Both the position numbers and the translations under genes were made by a program. A stretch of 24,161 bases of DNA from Candidatus Heimdallarchaeota archaeon (GTDB taxonomy: Archaea > Asgardarchaeota > Heimdallarchaeia > JABLTI01): NCBI GenBank assembly GCA_030614005.1, contig JAUWKS010000050.1:1-24161 (forward strand), in the 5' to 3' direction. Below are positions 1-9,700 of this stretch, in pieces (positions within the stretch are counted from its first letter, which is position 1; each line of letters opens with the position of its first letter). The notes beneath the pieces are model-generated. The model had not been told where the DNA came from. It did not search any database and saw only the letters and a program-made list of their open reading frames with translations.

Positions 1-148
1 CAGCTATTCTAAGAGGCATTTAAAAAGAAGAAAGGGTATTGAATTGTAGGAGAATCACTATGCAAAATTATTGATATTTCTATGAAAAATGATACTTGCT
101 TATTTTCTTTGACTGTGGAAAATTTAACTATTAGTTAACGAAATAGAA

Positions 149-466
149 TCATAACATTTGGGAAAATATTAATGTCTCATTTTTTTGTAACATATTGATA
201 ATTGACGACTGGTAATGATCCGAATGACTGTGTGTTATCAGTATTGCATCTGCTGGTTTGTTACCATAACTTTCTGGAAGATTAATGGGATCAATGTATA
301 ATCTCATCCCTTTTGTTTCGATCATAACTCCTGCGTTATCTAGTAATGTGAGATTGACTGAATTATAGTTTAAAATTGAAATAGTTATAATTGGCGTTGC
401 AACAGCAGTGACTGTTACTATCCCCCCAATACTTATGAAAATTGATACTCTTCTTGTAAGCTTCAT
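149..466 (-). pseudogene. Truncated MBL-fold metallo-hydrolase with N-terminal signal/anchor
   Basis: Contains LYIDP and ITHSHSDH (HxHxDH) motifs but stops about 20 aa later at 105 aa. None of the three minus-strand frames in 1-148 continues the MBL fold. Confidence 0.7.
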
Positions 467-591
467 ACAATCTAAATAAGAAACAGTTATATTAAAACTT
501 CTCTACAATATAGAGAATCCATTCTCGTTAATATGAGAACTAGTCGATTTACTCCCCACTATTGAATATTCAACAAATTATTTAATGTGGT

Positions 592-1212
592 TTAGCAAGA
601 TTTCAATATTTCTTTAATATCATTCTTGTATATCATAATAAGCCAGGCGATGTTCTGAATGAATTGATTTATTTCAGTAAAGTCTTGACCCTGTAAAAGA
701 TCAAAGACCTTTTCATCTGAATTTTGAATAAACTCGATTGCAAGTTCTTCTCCTTGAGTCAACTTTCCCATAATATTTTCAATACATTCTTTTGTAAAGG
801 ATTTGTTTTCGTCAACTTGATCTAAAAGAAGTTTATAGGCTTGGTAAATCTTTCTTTTACTTGCTTTGGTTTTTACTTTGTCCTCTGTATCATCAAAGAA
901 CACATTCGCTGTTCGCATAAAAATTGAAACACTTTTATTTCTGTTATCCTCATCAGTAAAAATTCTCTTCCCTGCTTCTACTGCTAACCCAACTTCTTCC
1001 AAAGTCCGTATGTATCTATATAGTGTTTTATCCGATTTCTCATTCCCTTCTGCAGCGTATGCTTCTTCAATTTCCTTGATGGTTTTGGGACCTGTTCTTA
1101 GAAATGTCAAAAGTAACCCATAATCCTTGTCGTAGAAATATTTTGAAACCTCTTTATCTTTGATCCGTTTTGTTACTCGCTGATTATAGGTTATTACATC
1201 TTGCACTCGCAT
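592..1212 (-). CDS. Winged helix-turn-helix (ArsR-like) transcriptional regulator
   Basis: LLTFLRTGPKTIKEI...KSDKTLYRYIRTLEEVGL wHTH pattern followed by a helical C-terminal domain. GGAGA RBS upstream. Confidence 0.75.
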   Translation of the reverse strand: MRVQDVITYNQRVTKRIKDKEVSKYFYDKDYGLLLTFLRTGPKTIKEIEEAYAAEGNEKSDKTLYRYIRTLEEVGLAVEAGKRIFTDEDNRNKSVSIFMRTANVFFDDTEDKVKTKASKRKIYQAYKLLLDQVDENKSFTKECIENIMGKLTQGEELAIEFIQNSDEKVFDLLQGQDFTEINQFIQNIAWLIMIYKNDIKEILKSC

Positions 1213-1375
1213 TTAAATCTCCAATATATCAATCGTTACAATGAAATATTAATCTTTTCTCATTTCTTAGGATTCTATGGCAAATATTGGATATTTTGGA
1301 TATCTATTTGACTATTTAGACAAAAATCTGTAATCATTCTTAAAATATGAACCTCTTTCTCAACAAATGAGAAAA

Positions 1376-1410
1376 TTTATATACTAGTATGTTCATAATA
1401 TAGTTAGGGT
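1376..1410 (+). promoter_or_regulatory. Archaeal promoter (TATA TTTATATA) and RBS (GGGTGA) for the small ORF at 1419
   Basis: TTTATATA at 1376-1383, preceded by purine-rich GAGAAAA (BRE-like). GGGTGA ends at 1412, 6 nt before ATG 1419. Confidence 0.55.
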
Positions 1411-1418
1411 GAAATAAA

Positions 1419-1529
1419 ATGTCACAACCATCCATAAATAAAAGAGAAAAACTAACATCTGGCTATGAACGCTTCTTAGATAGACGATTAACAAGTGCTG
1501 AACAGCACTTATTACTTTCCCATAGATGA
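1419..1529 (+). CDS. Small hypothetical protein, 36 aa (MSQPSINKREKLTSGYERFLDRRLTSAEQHLLLSHR)
   Basis: Read manually; below the ORF-track cutoff. Has a TATA box, an RBS and a downstream T-rich tract. Confidence 0.55.
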   Translation: MSQPSINKREKLTSGYERFLDRRLTSAEQHLLLSHR

Positions 1530-1605
1530 GTGAGTAAGTAAAGAAAAGGAAGGAAACTTCCTTTTATTCATTCATCTGAAACTATTTTTCTGTTTTGAAA
1601 TAAAT

Positions 1606-2669
1606 TCAAAAGTAATGTGTCATCAACCAATTAAATCCTGGATGGGTGTTTGGCGCACTAATTTCTAATAGCTCTTTCCAAATTAATGGTGCCCTTTCAC
1701 TATTGCTCAAAATAACAACTCCAGATTTTTCTTCTCTTGAAGCAAGCACAAAATGATGAAAACTACTATTGTTACCCCAATGCTAAAAACAGATCTCGTT
1801 TTGGATTTTTTCAAGACCCCAACCCAGACCCCAAAAAACATTTGTACTTTCGGTAATTTCTGATTTTGGTATTGAATGTCTATTACTCAAACCTGCATCA
1901 CTTACTGGAACGACAAGAGAGAACATATTTTCAATACTTTTTTTGTTCAGATGGAAATTTGTGTCCTTGTCCTTATTCAATAAATTACACATAAAAGAAG
2001 CATAATCAATAACAGAAATGTGAAGAGAACCTGCAACATTACTTACCTTAGGTTTCATATTTTTTTGTTTTCCATTTTTCAGATAACCTAAAGCGGCACT
2101 TTTATCAAATGCTTCATTCCAAAGCAAGCTTGCACTATTCAATTTTAATGGTTCAGCGAATCTTTTTTGAAAAATTGTTTCAGCACTTTTTCCTGAAAGG
2201 TGCTCAATAACTTTTTGTAGATATACATATCCTTCTCCAGAATAGGAGAATCTTTCTCCAGGTGTAAAATGAATTTCTAAGGCTCCACCTTTTGGTCTCC
2301 AATTAGGAAATCCGGTTGTGTGCGATAGTACATGTCTAGCAGTTAAATATTGTAATTTTGGCTGATTTTGAATATATTTCTCAGGAAGATATTCTTCTAA
2401 TGGTGTATCAAGATCGAGTAATCCTTCCTCACAATATTTTAGTACAATATAAGCAAATGTTGGTTTTGTTAATGATGCGGCTTCAATGGGTGTACTATTT
2501 TCCATTGGTAATTTCTTATCTTTATCTCTGAATCCAAATCCTTCAGACCAACCAATCCTACCATTTCTAATAAGTGCAATTGAAAGCCCTATTACTTTTT
2601 TTCCTTCATTAATATAGGAATGTTCTTTTGAAGTGATCCTATTGTTTCTTTTTCATTTAATTTTGACAT
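1606..2669 (-). pseudogene. Serine hydrolase (class C beta-lactamase/AmpC-like family) pseudogene
   Basis: SxxK (ASLTKP), LLSHT-like VLSHTTGF, PGERFSYS and HWG motifs. A 1-nt deletion in the A7 run (T7 on + strand, 2596-2602) separates the N-terminus. An in-frame TAG at 1783-1785 (CF*HWGNN) is followed by 59 more in-frame codons ending at TGA 1606-1608. Confidence 0.88.
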
Positions 2670-2774
2670 TTCTTAATCATCCAAATCCTGCTACGAAAAG
2701 TTTGATTGGAACTTTCCTTATAAAATGAGTTCACATTTCGTGACTAAACTATCGATTTGAGCAATAAGTATACC

Positions 2775-2801
2775 TTTATAAGTGGAATCGTGACACGATT
2801 C
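2775..2801 (+). promoter_or_regulatory. TATA box followed by a 17-bp palindromic operator candidate
   Basis: TTTATAAG at 2775-2782, then GAATCGTG-A-CACGATTC at 2785-2801 (perfect 8-bp arms). Confidence 0.5.
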
Positions 2802-2948
2802 AATTGTATACATTCAAAAAAAACAAAAAATAAAAGTAATAGATTTTAGCAATTAGATTATGACAAGTAATTTTTTTTCGGAAATCCAAACCTTGAGTTA
2901 ATTGTTTTGAGTTTATGTATAACAGATATTATTCGGTGAAAAAATAAA

Positions 2949-3107
2949 ATGAATAACTATAACGGTTACAACCGCGAACCAAGAGAAATGCATAAAGTCA
3001 CATGTGCTGACTGTGGAAATGAAACAGAAGTTCCTTTCAAACCAGATGGCGAAAGACCAGTTTACTGTCGCGATTGCTACCAAAAACGAAAGCCAAAAAG
3101 ATACTAA
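2949..3107 (+). CDS. CxxC-x17-CxxC domain zinc-ribbon protein, 52 aa
   Basis: MNNYNGYNREPREMHKVTCADCGNETEVPFKPDGERPVYCRDCYQKRKPKRY has exactly 17 residues between the two CxxC pairs and the family VPFKP..RPVYC signature. GGTGA RBS. Not in the ORF track. Confidence 0.95.
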   Translation: MNNYNGYNREPREMHKVTCADCGNETEVPFKPDGERPVYCRDCYQKRKPKRY

Positions 3108-3128
3108 GTTTCTTAGTTACATAATCTA

Positions 3129-3183
3129 GTTGAATACTAACTATCTTTTTGAATGTTATATTCAACCTTTTTCTTTATTTTTA
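3129..3183 (+). terminator. Putative terminator (hairpin plus T-tract) after the CxxC-x17-CxxC gene
   Basis: GTTGAATA (3129-3136) pairs with TATTCAAC (3159-3166), followed by CTTTTTCTTTATTTTT. Confidence 0.4.
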
Positions 3184-3285
3184 ATTTAATTTATGAATTT
3201 TTTTCGTGCTTACTTTCTTATAAATATTTTATTTGAAAAGATATCAGAATGACTTTTCCATTTAATTCAAAAAAAACTAATATAT

Positions 3286-3420
3286 TCATGTGTTTTTCTT
3301 CATACGCACTAATCCACATTGCGGACATATAAATTTGGTTTGTTTATGAAATCCTCCCTTTCTTTTCACAGGTTTCATATGAACTCGTAGGTTTTTTATC
3401 CGGCAACGTGGACACTCCAT
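3286..3420 (-). CDS. Small basic zinc-ribbon protein, 44 aa (CPRC-x25-CPQCG)
   Basis: MECPRCRIKNLRVHMKPVKRKGGFHKQTKFICPQCGLVRMKKNT. GTGA RBS upstream. Not in the ORF track. Confidence 0.75.
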   Translation of the reverse strand: MECPRCRIKNLRVHMKPVKRKGGFHKQTKFICPQCGLVRMKKNT

Positions 3421-3569
3421 TTAAATCACAATTCGTTTTTCAATAAGGCATTCAAGCATTATTTATTACTCTATTAAAATTTATCATACCACATGATTCT
3501 AAACCCTACAATCGTAATTCTGGAAAGCACTTTGGTAATAGAAAAAATCAAGAAAAAGAAAAACAATTT

Positions 3570-4550
3570 CTATCTTTTTCTTTTCTTTGAAAAATTCAGA
3601 ACCGATGAAATACCAAAAATGCAGACTATACTCGAAATGAAACCAATTGCTGATGCTCCTTGTGAAGGTTGTAATTTGAAAGCAGGCATATTATAGTCAA
3701 CCTCTTCAAATAACAACGATGCAGATACATTAACAGCATAACCATTGAGCTCACCAGAACAAGAACCATCATATCTTGTTCCTAATACAATTCCTGTTGA
3801 CTTATGAATAGAAATCTGATAGTGACTTACACCTGTAATATTCGAAATAAAAAGTTCATTGGATCGAATATCTATCATTTCAACTACCCATTCAGCAGTA
3901 AATACATCATTTCTGGTTCGGCTTGTATAGTCAATAGTAAAATTGGCATTGTCATTTGTAGCTGTTAAAAAATAATGAGCAAAATTGTAACTATACATTT
4001 CAATAAATTCCCAAGTTGATTCTGTGATATCAATGAATGGAGCAAAAGTTGGCAGAAAGAGTATATTATATCCTTCCGCGAAAAGCGTTTCAGTATTTGA
4101 CCAATCATTTGCAAACGATAACATAATACTAAAAACGTATGTTACTGAGAATGGGATTAAATATTCCACAACATCTACTCTTATAATACTAGGAACTTCG
4201 AAACCCATTGCTGCAAATGTAGCTGAGACACCAAGCGATGAAATATCATTTATTTCCACTGATAAAGAATTACCTTCTTCAACATTTTTTTCATTAATAC
4301 TTATCCCTGAAATTTCAAGGTAATCTGAACCTATTGTAGCTTCAAGAGACGCTTCAGAAATAAAATAATCTATTTTATCTCCAACATTAACATTAAAAGT
4401 ACTAGTACTGAATTGTAAATTTACCAATAAAGCACTAATTATGATAGGAAAAATAATTCTCCAAATTTTTCTAATAAATATTACCCCCAATAAATCATTA
4501 TTACAAAAAGCGCGATATTGATATAAAAACCTACTTTTATTGAGAAGCAT
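3570..4550 (-). CDS. Secreted/C-terminally anchored surface protein (choice-of-anchor S-like); true start probably near 4475-4490
   Basis: Signal-peptide-like RKIWRIIFPIIISALLV; mature part begins FNVNVGD; HKSTGIVLG and VDYNMPAF segments; C-terminal TM (AIGFISSIVCIFGISSVL) with a KKRKR tail. Confidence 0.75.
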   Translation of the reverse strand: MLLNKSRFLYQYRAFCNNDLLGVIFIRKIWRIIFPIIISALLVNLQFSTSTFNVNVGDKIDYFISEASLEATIGSDYLEISGISINEKNVEEGNSLSVEINDISSLGVSATFAAMGFEVPSIIRVDVVEYLIPFSVTYVFSIMLSFANDWSNTETLFAEGYNILFLPTFAPFIDITESTWEFIEMYSYNFAHYFLTATNDNANFTIDYTSRTRNDVFTAEWVVEMIDIRSNELFISNITGVSHYQISIHKSTGIVLGTRYDGSCSGELNGYAVNVSASLLFEEVDYNMPAFKLQPSQGASAIGFISSIVCIFGISSVLNFSKKRKR

Positions 4551-4619
4551 TCGTTTTCCTTTTAAGAAACTCTTAAATGAAAGAGCTTCGTTATTGTAAT
4601 TGTTAACAGGTGGTGTATT

Positions 4620-5594
4620 ATGAATCGAAAGATAACAATTTTCATTATAGTAAAAATAGCTCTAATATCCATCCTAATGGTTACTACAACATCTATCCAA
4701 GCAGCTGATCGTTCTTGGCATGCAGGTGAAGTATATTTCTTTGGAGAGTCCAATGATTCCAAGTTAATCTATAGATCCTCTTCTCCGGAACTTCGAACAA
4801 TGGTCACAACTAATAGCCAATTGCAATTTTCATATAATATTACTGGTATAGATTTACTGCAAGAAAGATATCAAGCTATTTATGCAGATGACTCTGGACC
4901 ATCCTCAATTTCAAATCGTCGCTTTACTTGGGAGGATTTTGTTGAACGCTATTTAGATAATATCCTGCAAGCTACTTATGAATGGGATTATGAACACAAT
5001 AGCACTGTTCTCACTAGTTTTACATTTCCATCATCCACATGGAAATTCATTGAACCACAGTGGGATATGATAAACAATGGGTTTGCTAATGATATACTTA
5101 ACACATCAGAAATTATTGCTACAGTAAATGATCCCTATTTACCAATTATTCACAACATTACTTTAGACACTTTTCTAAATAACACAAATTCATATTCGAT
5201 AATGGGAAAAAGTAACTTAGAAGATGCTAAACAAAAATTCACGGAAAAAATTACCAATTGGTTTTTAGAGTTTGATTTAGCTGGATTTTTGATGGTTGGT
5301 GTCTACAATAGTACTTTAGGATACGATTTGTATCATCCTATTGAAGAAGCAACAATTAGCTATGAGATTGAGTATACCAAGGGTGGAGTTCTGAAAAGAT
5401 TTCATCTGAATGGCTATTCCAATTCTTCTTTCCCTGACTATACTCTTGAATCTTCAATGGATAAACTAGTTGTTCTTGGTGGTATAGAATCACTTGAAGG
5501 TAATTATCCATTTTTAATGGTATTTCCAGCCATATTCGTTATAGCTATTTTCGCATTGAAAATTAGAAAAGAAAAAAATCGGAGGATTAGGTGA
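4620..5594 (+). CDS. Secreted, C-terminally membrane-anchored glycoprotein-like protein (paralog 1)
   Basis: Signal peptide, many NxS/T sequons, C-terminal TM with basic tail. Collinear similarity to the next ORF. Confidence 0.85.
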   Translation: MNRKITIFIIVKIALISILMVTTTSIQAADRSWHAGEVYFFGESNDSKLIYRSSSPELRTMVTTNSQLQFSYNITGIDLLQERYQAIYADDSGPSSISNRRFTWEDFVERYLDNILQATYEWDYEHNSTVLTSFTFPSSTWKFIEPQWDMINNGFANDILNTSEIIATVNDPYLPIIHNITLDTFLNNTNSYSIMGKSNLEDAKQKFTEKITNWFLEFDLAGFLMVGVYNSTLGYDLYHPIEEATISYEIEYTKGGVLKRFHLNGYSNSSFPDYTLESSMDKLVVLGGIESLEGNYPFLMVFPAIFVIAIFALKIRKEKNRRIR

Positions 5595-5599
5595 TTACT

Positions 5600-6577
5600 A
5601 TGAAACAAAGATCTAAACTTTTCATGTTATTTCAGGTAATTTTTCTAATTGCTATTATTGGCACTCCAACAAATAGTCAAGCATTAGGAGAATCTTGGGA
5701 AGCTGGCACTCTTTATACATTTAACTACCGTGACTATGAGGAACTTTCTATAATTAATGAAAAGGATACTACAGAATACAATTCGGATTCCCTAGATATT
5801 GGTGAGTATGTTTTCAATATTACTAGTATCAATAATGTTACTGAAAACTATGTAGTAGATAGCTATGACTCAATTGGTAATGTAAATACAGCTGCAAGAA
5901 GTTATGATGCAGAATTATTTAGTGATTCATTATTAACATTGAGTAGTATGTACCAAGTAGATTATGATTGGGATTATGAATTCAATACTACTGTACTAAC
6001 TTCCTTTGCTTGTAATATCAATATTAATTCTTGGTATTTTGTTGAACCAAATTGGACTTTAATTAACAACGACTTTGCAAATAGTTTCAATGAATCCGAA
6101 ATTGTTTTTGCTCTTGCTGATCCATACGAACCAATCATTCATAATTTTACACTAGGTGATATTCTCAATGAAACAACATCATTTGCAATAATGGGTGAGG
6201 ATACTTTTCCTGAAATAAATCAGCAATTTGTAAATAATCTTTCTCGCTGGACGTTTGTCCATGACTTTTCAAATAGAATATTCTTTGGAGTCTATAATAG
6301 CACAATAGGTGAATTTTCATATTATCCATATGAAACCTACAAATTGACTCTAGAATTAGAATACTCATCTGGTGGAATTCTCAAAAAATATTTCTACAAA
6401 ACGGAAATCAAATATACTTCTTTCCAAATAACTACTTCCTTTTTGGATGAAAATGGAATTTTCTCTGGAGCTCTGCCAACAATAACAACCAGCGATTCTA
6501 GTTTTGCATATCTACTATCCATACCTGCGATTCTCGTTTTAGTAATCGTTTACAAATATCCAAAGAAGAAGAAATAA
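5600..6577 (+). CDS. Secreted, C-terminally membrane-anchored glycoprotein-like protein (paralog 2)
   Basis: ATG 5600 follows GGTGA, which is also the upstream stop codon. Signal peptide, TM and KKKK tail. Shares YxWDYExNxTVLTSF, EPxW, DPYxPIIHN, GVYNST and EYxxGGxLK with paralog 1. Confidence 0.85.
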   Translation: MKQRSKLFMLFQVIFLIAIIGTPTNSQALGESWEAGTLYTFNYRDYEELSIINEKDTTEYNSDSLDIGEYVFNITSINNVTENYVVDSYDSIGNVNTAARSYDAELFSDSLLTLSSMYQVDYDWDYEFNTTVLTSFACNININSWYFVEPNWTLINNDFANSFNESEIVFALADPYEPIIHNFTLGDILNETTSFAIMGEDTFPEINQQFVNNLSRWTFVHDFSNRIFFGVYNSTIGEFSYYPYETYKLTLELEYSSGGILKKYFYKTEIKYTSFQITTSFLDENGIFSGALPTITTSDSSFAYLLSIPAILVLVIVYKYPKKKK

Positions 6578-6783
6578 ATTTCAAGTTCTTCTTTTATTTT
6601 TTTTATTCAAATCAAATTGTTTTTCTGAAAAAACAATAAGATGCTGTTTATTTAGAAACTAAAGGAAAAATAGGACTAAACTTACTTTTTTAACCATAAC
6701 TCTTAATAAAAAAATAATCATATTGAAAATATATCATTGTATTGTCGAGATATTATTCTACATAAGTAAAAGGGTACAGAAGG

Positions 6784-9700
6784 TTGGTGAAATTTAAAAA
6801 ACTTAAAATGTCTTTTACAAAAAAAGCTACTTTTGTTTTAGTAGTTATGTTGAGTAGCTTGTTTTTTACTAATTTGACTTTTGATTATCAACCAATAAGC
6901 GCTCACTCAGCAATATCGTACCCTGCAGAAATCTTTTCTATTTGGAATAATACTTCCCCAACTCTTGATGGTAGTATAGATTTTATCTTTCAAGATATAT
7001 CTGAAGAATGGGCATTTGCAGCTGTTTATGATTTATATGATGAGTCCAAGGTTGTTAGTGGTAAATTGTTCTTACAAAATGATAATGAGAGTTTCTTTAT
7101 TGGATTGGATGCAACTTCGTTTGATGCTGAAAATCCAGTAACAGATTGGGGCATAACGATCTATTTTGATGTTGATCATGATGGGTTCCTTTCGGATAGT
7201 GATAAATCAATTTACTTTATATCAAACTCAACTGATGATTATGTAATTTATCGTGATTATACTCTTTCAGAGCACGGATGGACTGATGTTGAAAGCGGTG
7301 ATCCAGATACAACCCTTACAACAAGTGGTATCTATTTAGCAACTGATTTCTCACAATCCGCTTTTGAAAATGATACTGATCATAGGCAGTATGAGATTCA
7401 AGTACCTTTCACAGCAATCTCAAGTGGTCCTGGTAAAAGTTTAGGAATTGGATTAGAAGTAACAGAAGATTTTGCAACAAATTCTGCAGGAATTACCTGG
7501 CCATTTATTAAAGATAATCTCTTCAACATCAGAACACAGACAAGTGTATGGGGCGACATTGCTTTTGGAGAGGAACACAAGGATAGTTTTGGCTTTCTTA
7601 TTGAGGATAATTTGAATGTTAAAGCATCAGCTATAGGTTATAACAATGGAACATACATAACCACAGCAGATATAGACGGAAATGGTGATTTTGAGCTGAT
7701 AGTTAGTTCTAACCGAACCATTTTAGGTGATAATAATCTAATAGCAATATTCGATTACGTGAGTGGTGGTTATCAGAGGATTTGGTCGAGCTGGACAACA
7801 AGCCATCAAACATGGCTTACTTTCCCAATATTAGGGATGGCTGCATTTGATTTCAATGGAAATGGAAAAGAAGAATTATTCGCAGTAGGAAAAGCCCGTT
7901 CAATTCTTAGATTTAGTGAATGGAATGTAAGTACAAATGACTTTGAAACGAGTGAAGTAATTTTCAGTCATACAAGTCAGTTAATGGGTTACATTGCAAT
8001 AGGTGATGCTTCAAACGATACAGAAAACGATTTGGTATTTGGAGATCAAAACGGTTATCTCAATGTATTAGAATATGATAATAGTACAGATACATTTGAT
8101 CATGATGCGAGATCTTCCATGACACCAAAAGAAGTATCAGCATATAGATTACATGGAATTGGTTTAGGTGATATTGATGCAGACAATCAAACTGAAATAC
8201 TCCTTAGTTACCAATCTACTGCTGATGATTTGTTATCAGAAACGCTTTTGTTAATTTATCAGCGATCTCCTGCAAAGTATCTCGACAATCCTGATGATGA
8301 TTTGCCAGCTACTTCATCAGTTACAACTGCAGATTATTTTGGTCATACAATTCTAGTTGCTGATGTAGATAACGATGGGGTTAATGAAACAATTATTGTG
8401 GGTAAAGATTATTTGAGAGTTTTTGAACAATATTCTTTTACTGATTCTACTCCACCACTAGAATTTCTAGTTAACGATGGAATATCTGAACCACTTATGG
8501 CTGGTGGCGCAACTGTAGGTGACATCAATAATGATGGAATAAATGAGCTGATATTTGGCGCTAATAATGGCACTCTCTACATAGGTCGAGTTGTAGATAA
8601 TGGAACAGCATTAAGTTTTCATTTAAATTGGTCTGCTGACATAGGAAGTAGCTTAGGATACCATGGCTCAATGCTCGTTGAAGATTTCGATGGAGATGGA
8701 ACAAATGAGCTTGCGGTTGGAGATAATTTTGGCCAAATACTGATTATTGGAAAAGGAGAAGCACCCGAATTAACGATTACAAATCCAAGTTCTGGCTATG
8801 TTTCATCACAAGACAATGTTCTAGTGACATGGGATGCCTCTGATGACCATCATGCATTACACTATATTGATATTTATGTTGATGGTCTTTTTAAAAATAG
8901 ATTTGGTGGAGCACAAACAGGGGCAATTGTGTATCTAACTCCTGGTCAGAACAAAATTGAAGTTGATGCAAATGATTTCTCAGGGTTAAACACAAGCAAA
9001 TTTGTAGCTGTGAAATTTGATGTGAAAGCACCACAAGTAACAATTACTAGCCCTATAAACTACTTCGAAACAGTGCTTAGTTATGTTGATATAACCTACT
9101 ATAATACTGATCCCGATGAAGATTTTGACTATTACAAGATATATCTCAATGGTGCTGAAATAGAAAGTAATACTTCAGATGAATCTTATCGTGTAGATCT
9201 ATCATCAAGTGGTCAAGGTGAAATGAATATTACCGTTGTAGCCATCGATGAGACTTTGCTAGAAGGACGCGCATCAATATTTGTTATCAGAGACATTTCT
9301 AGCCCTACTATAATAATTTCATCTCCGGTTGATGGAGCAGCAATAAAAACCTCGGAACAAGAATTTACTTGGACTGCCAATGATAGCTATACTGACGTTG
9401 AATATTTTGACATCAAAGTTGATGGTTCATTCTATGACACTACAACAGATTATTCAGCAATTATTAATTTTGGAATAGATAAAGACTTTCTAGTTGAAAT
9501 TATTGCTTATGATTCATTAGGACATAGTGCTACCGATTCTGTTACAATCACTCGAGATACGGTCGATCCTACTGTAGTTTTTGATCCTATAAGCTTACCA
9601 ACATTAATAGATGGAACGTACTACACTAACAATCCGAATCTCTCTTTATCATGGAATGCTACTGATAATGAATTAGGTTCAGGGATAAGTGAAAGTAGAA

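Noticed and set aside
1-140. Possible gene end (SYSKRHLKRRKGIEL*) and an AGGAGA-ATG at 60
   Set aside because: Too short to identify, and the ATG frame stops after four codons.
866-1123. 85-aa plus-strand ORF
   Set aside because: Antisense shadow inside the wHTH gene, with no motif or RBS.
1783-1785. Pyrrolysine read-through at the in-frame TAG
   Set aside because: The context calls for Trp (TGG, one substitution away), the gene also carries a frameshift, and no pyl genes are in view.
3493-4323. Plus-strand ORFs 3493-3696 and 4024-4323
   Set aside because: Antisense to the surface-protein gene, with no recognisable features.
4562-4762. 66-aa minus-strand ORF
   Set aside because: Shadow of the 4620 gene.
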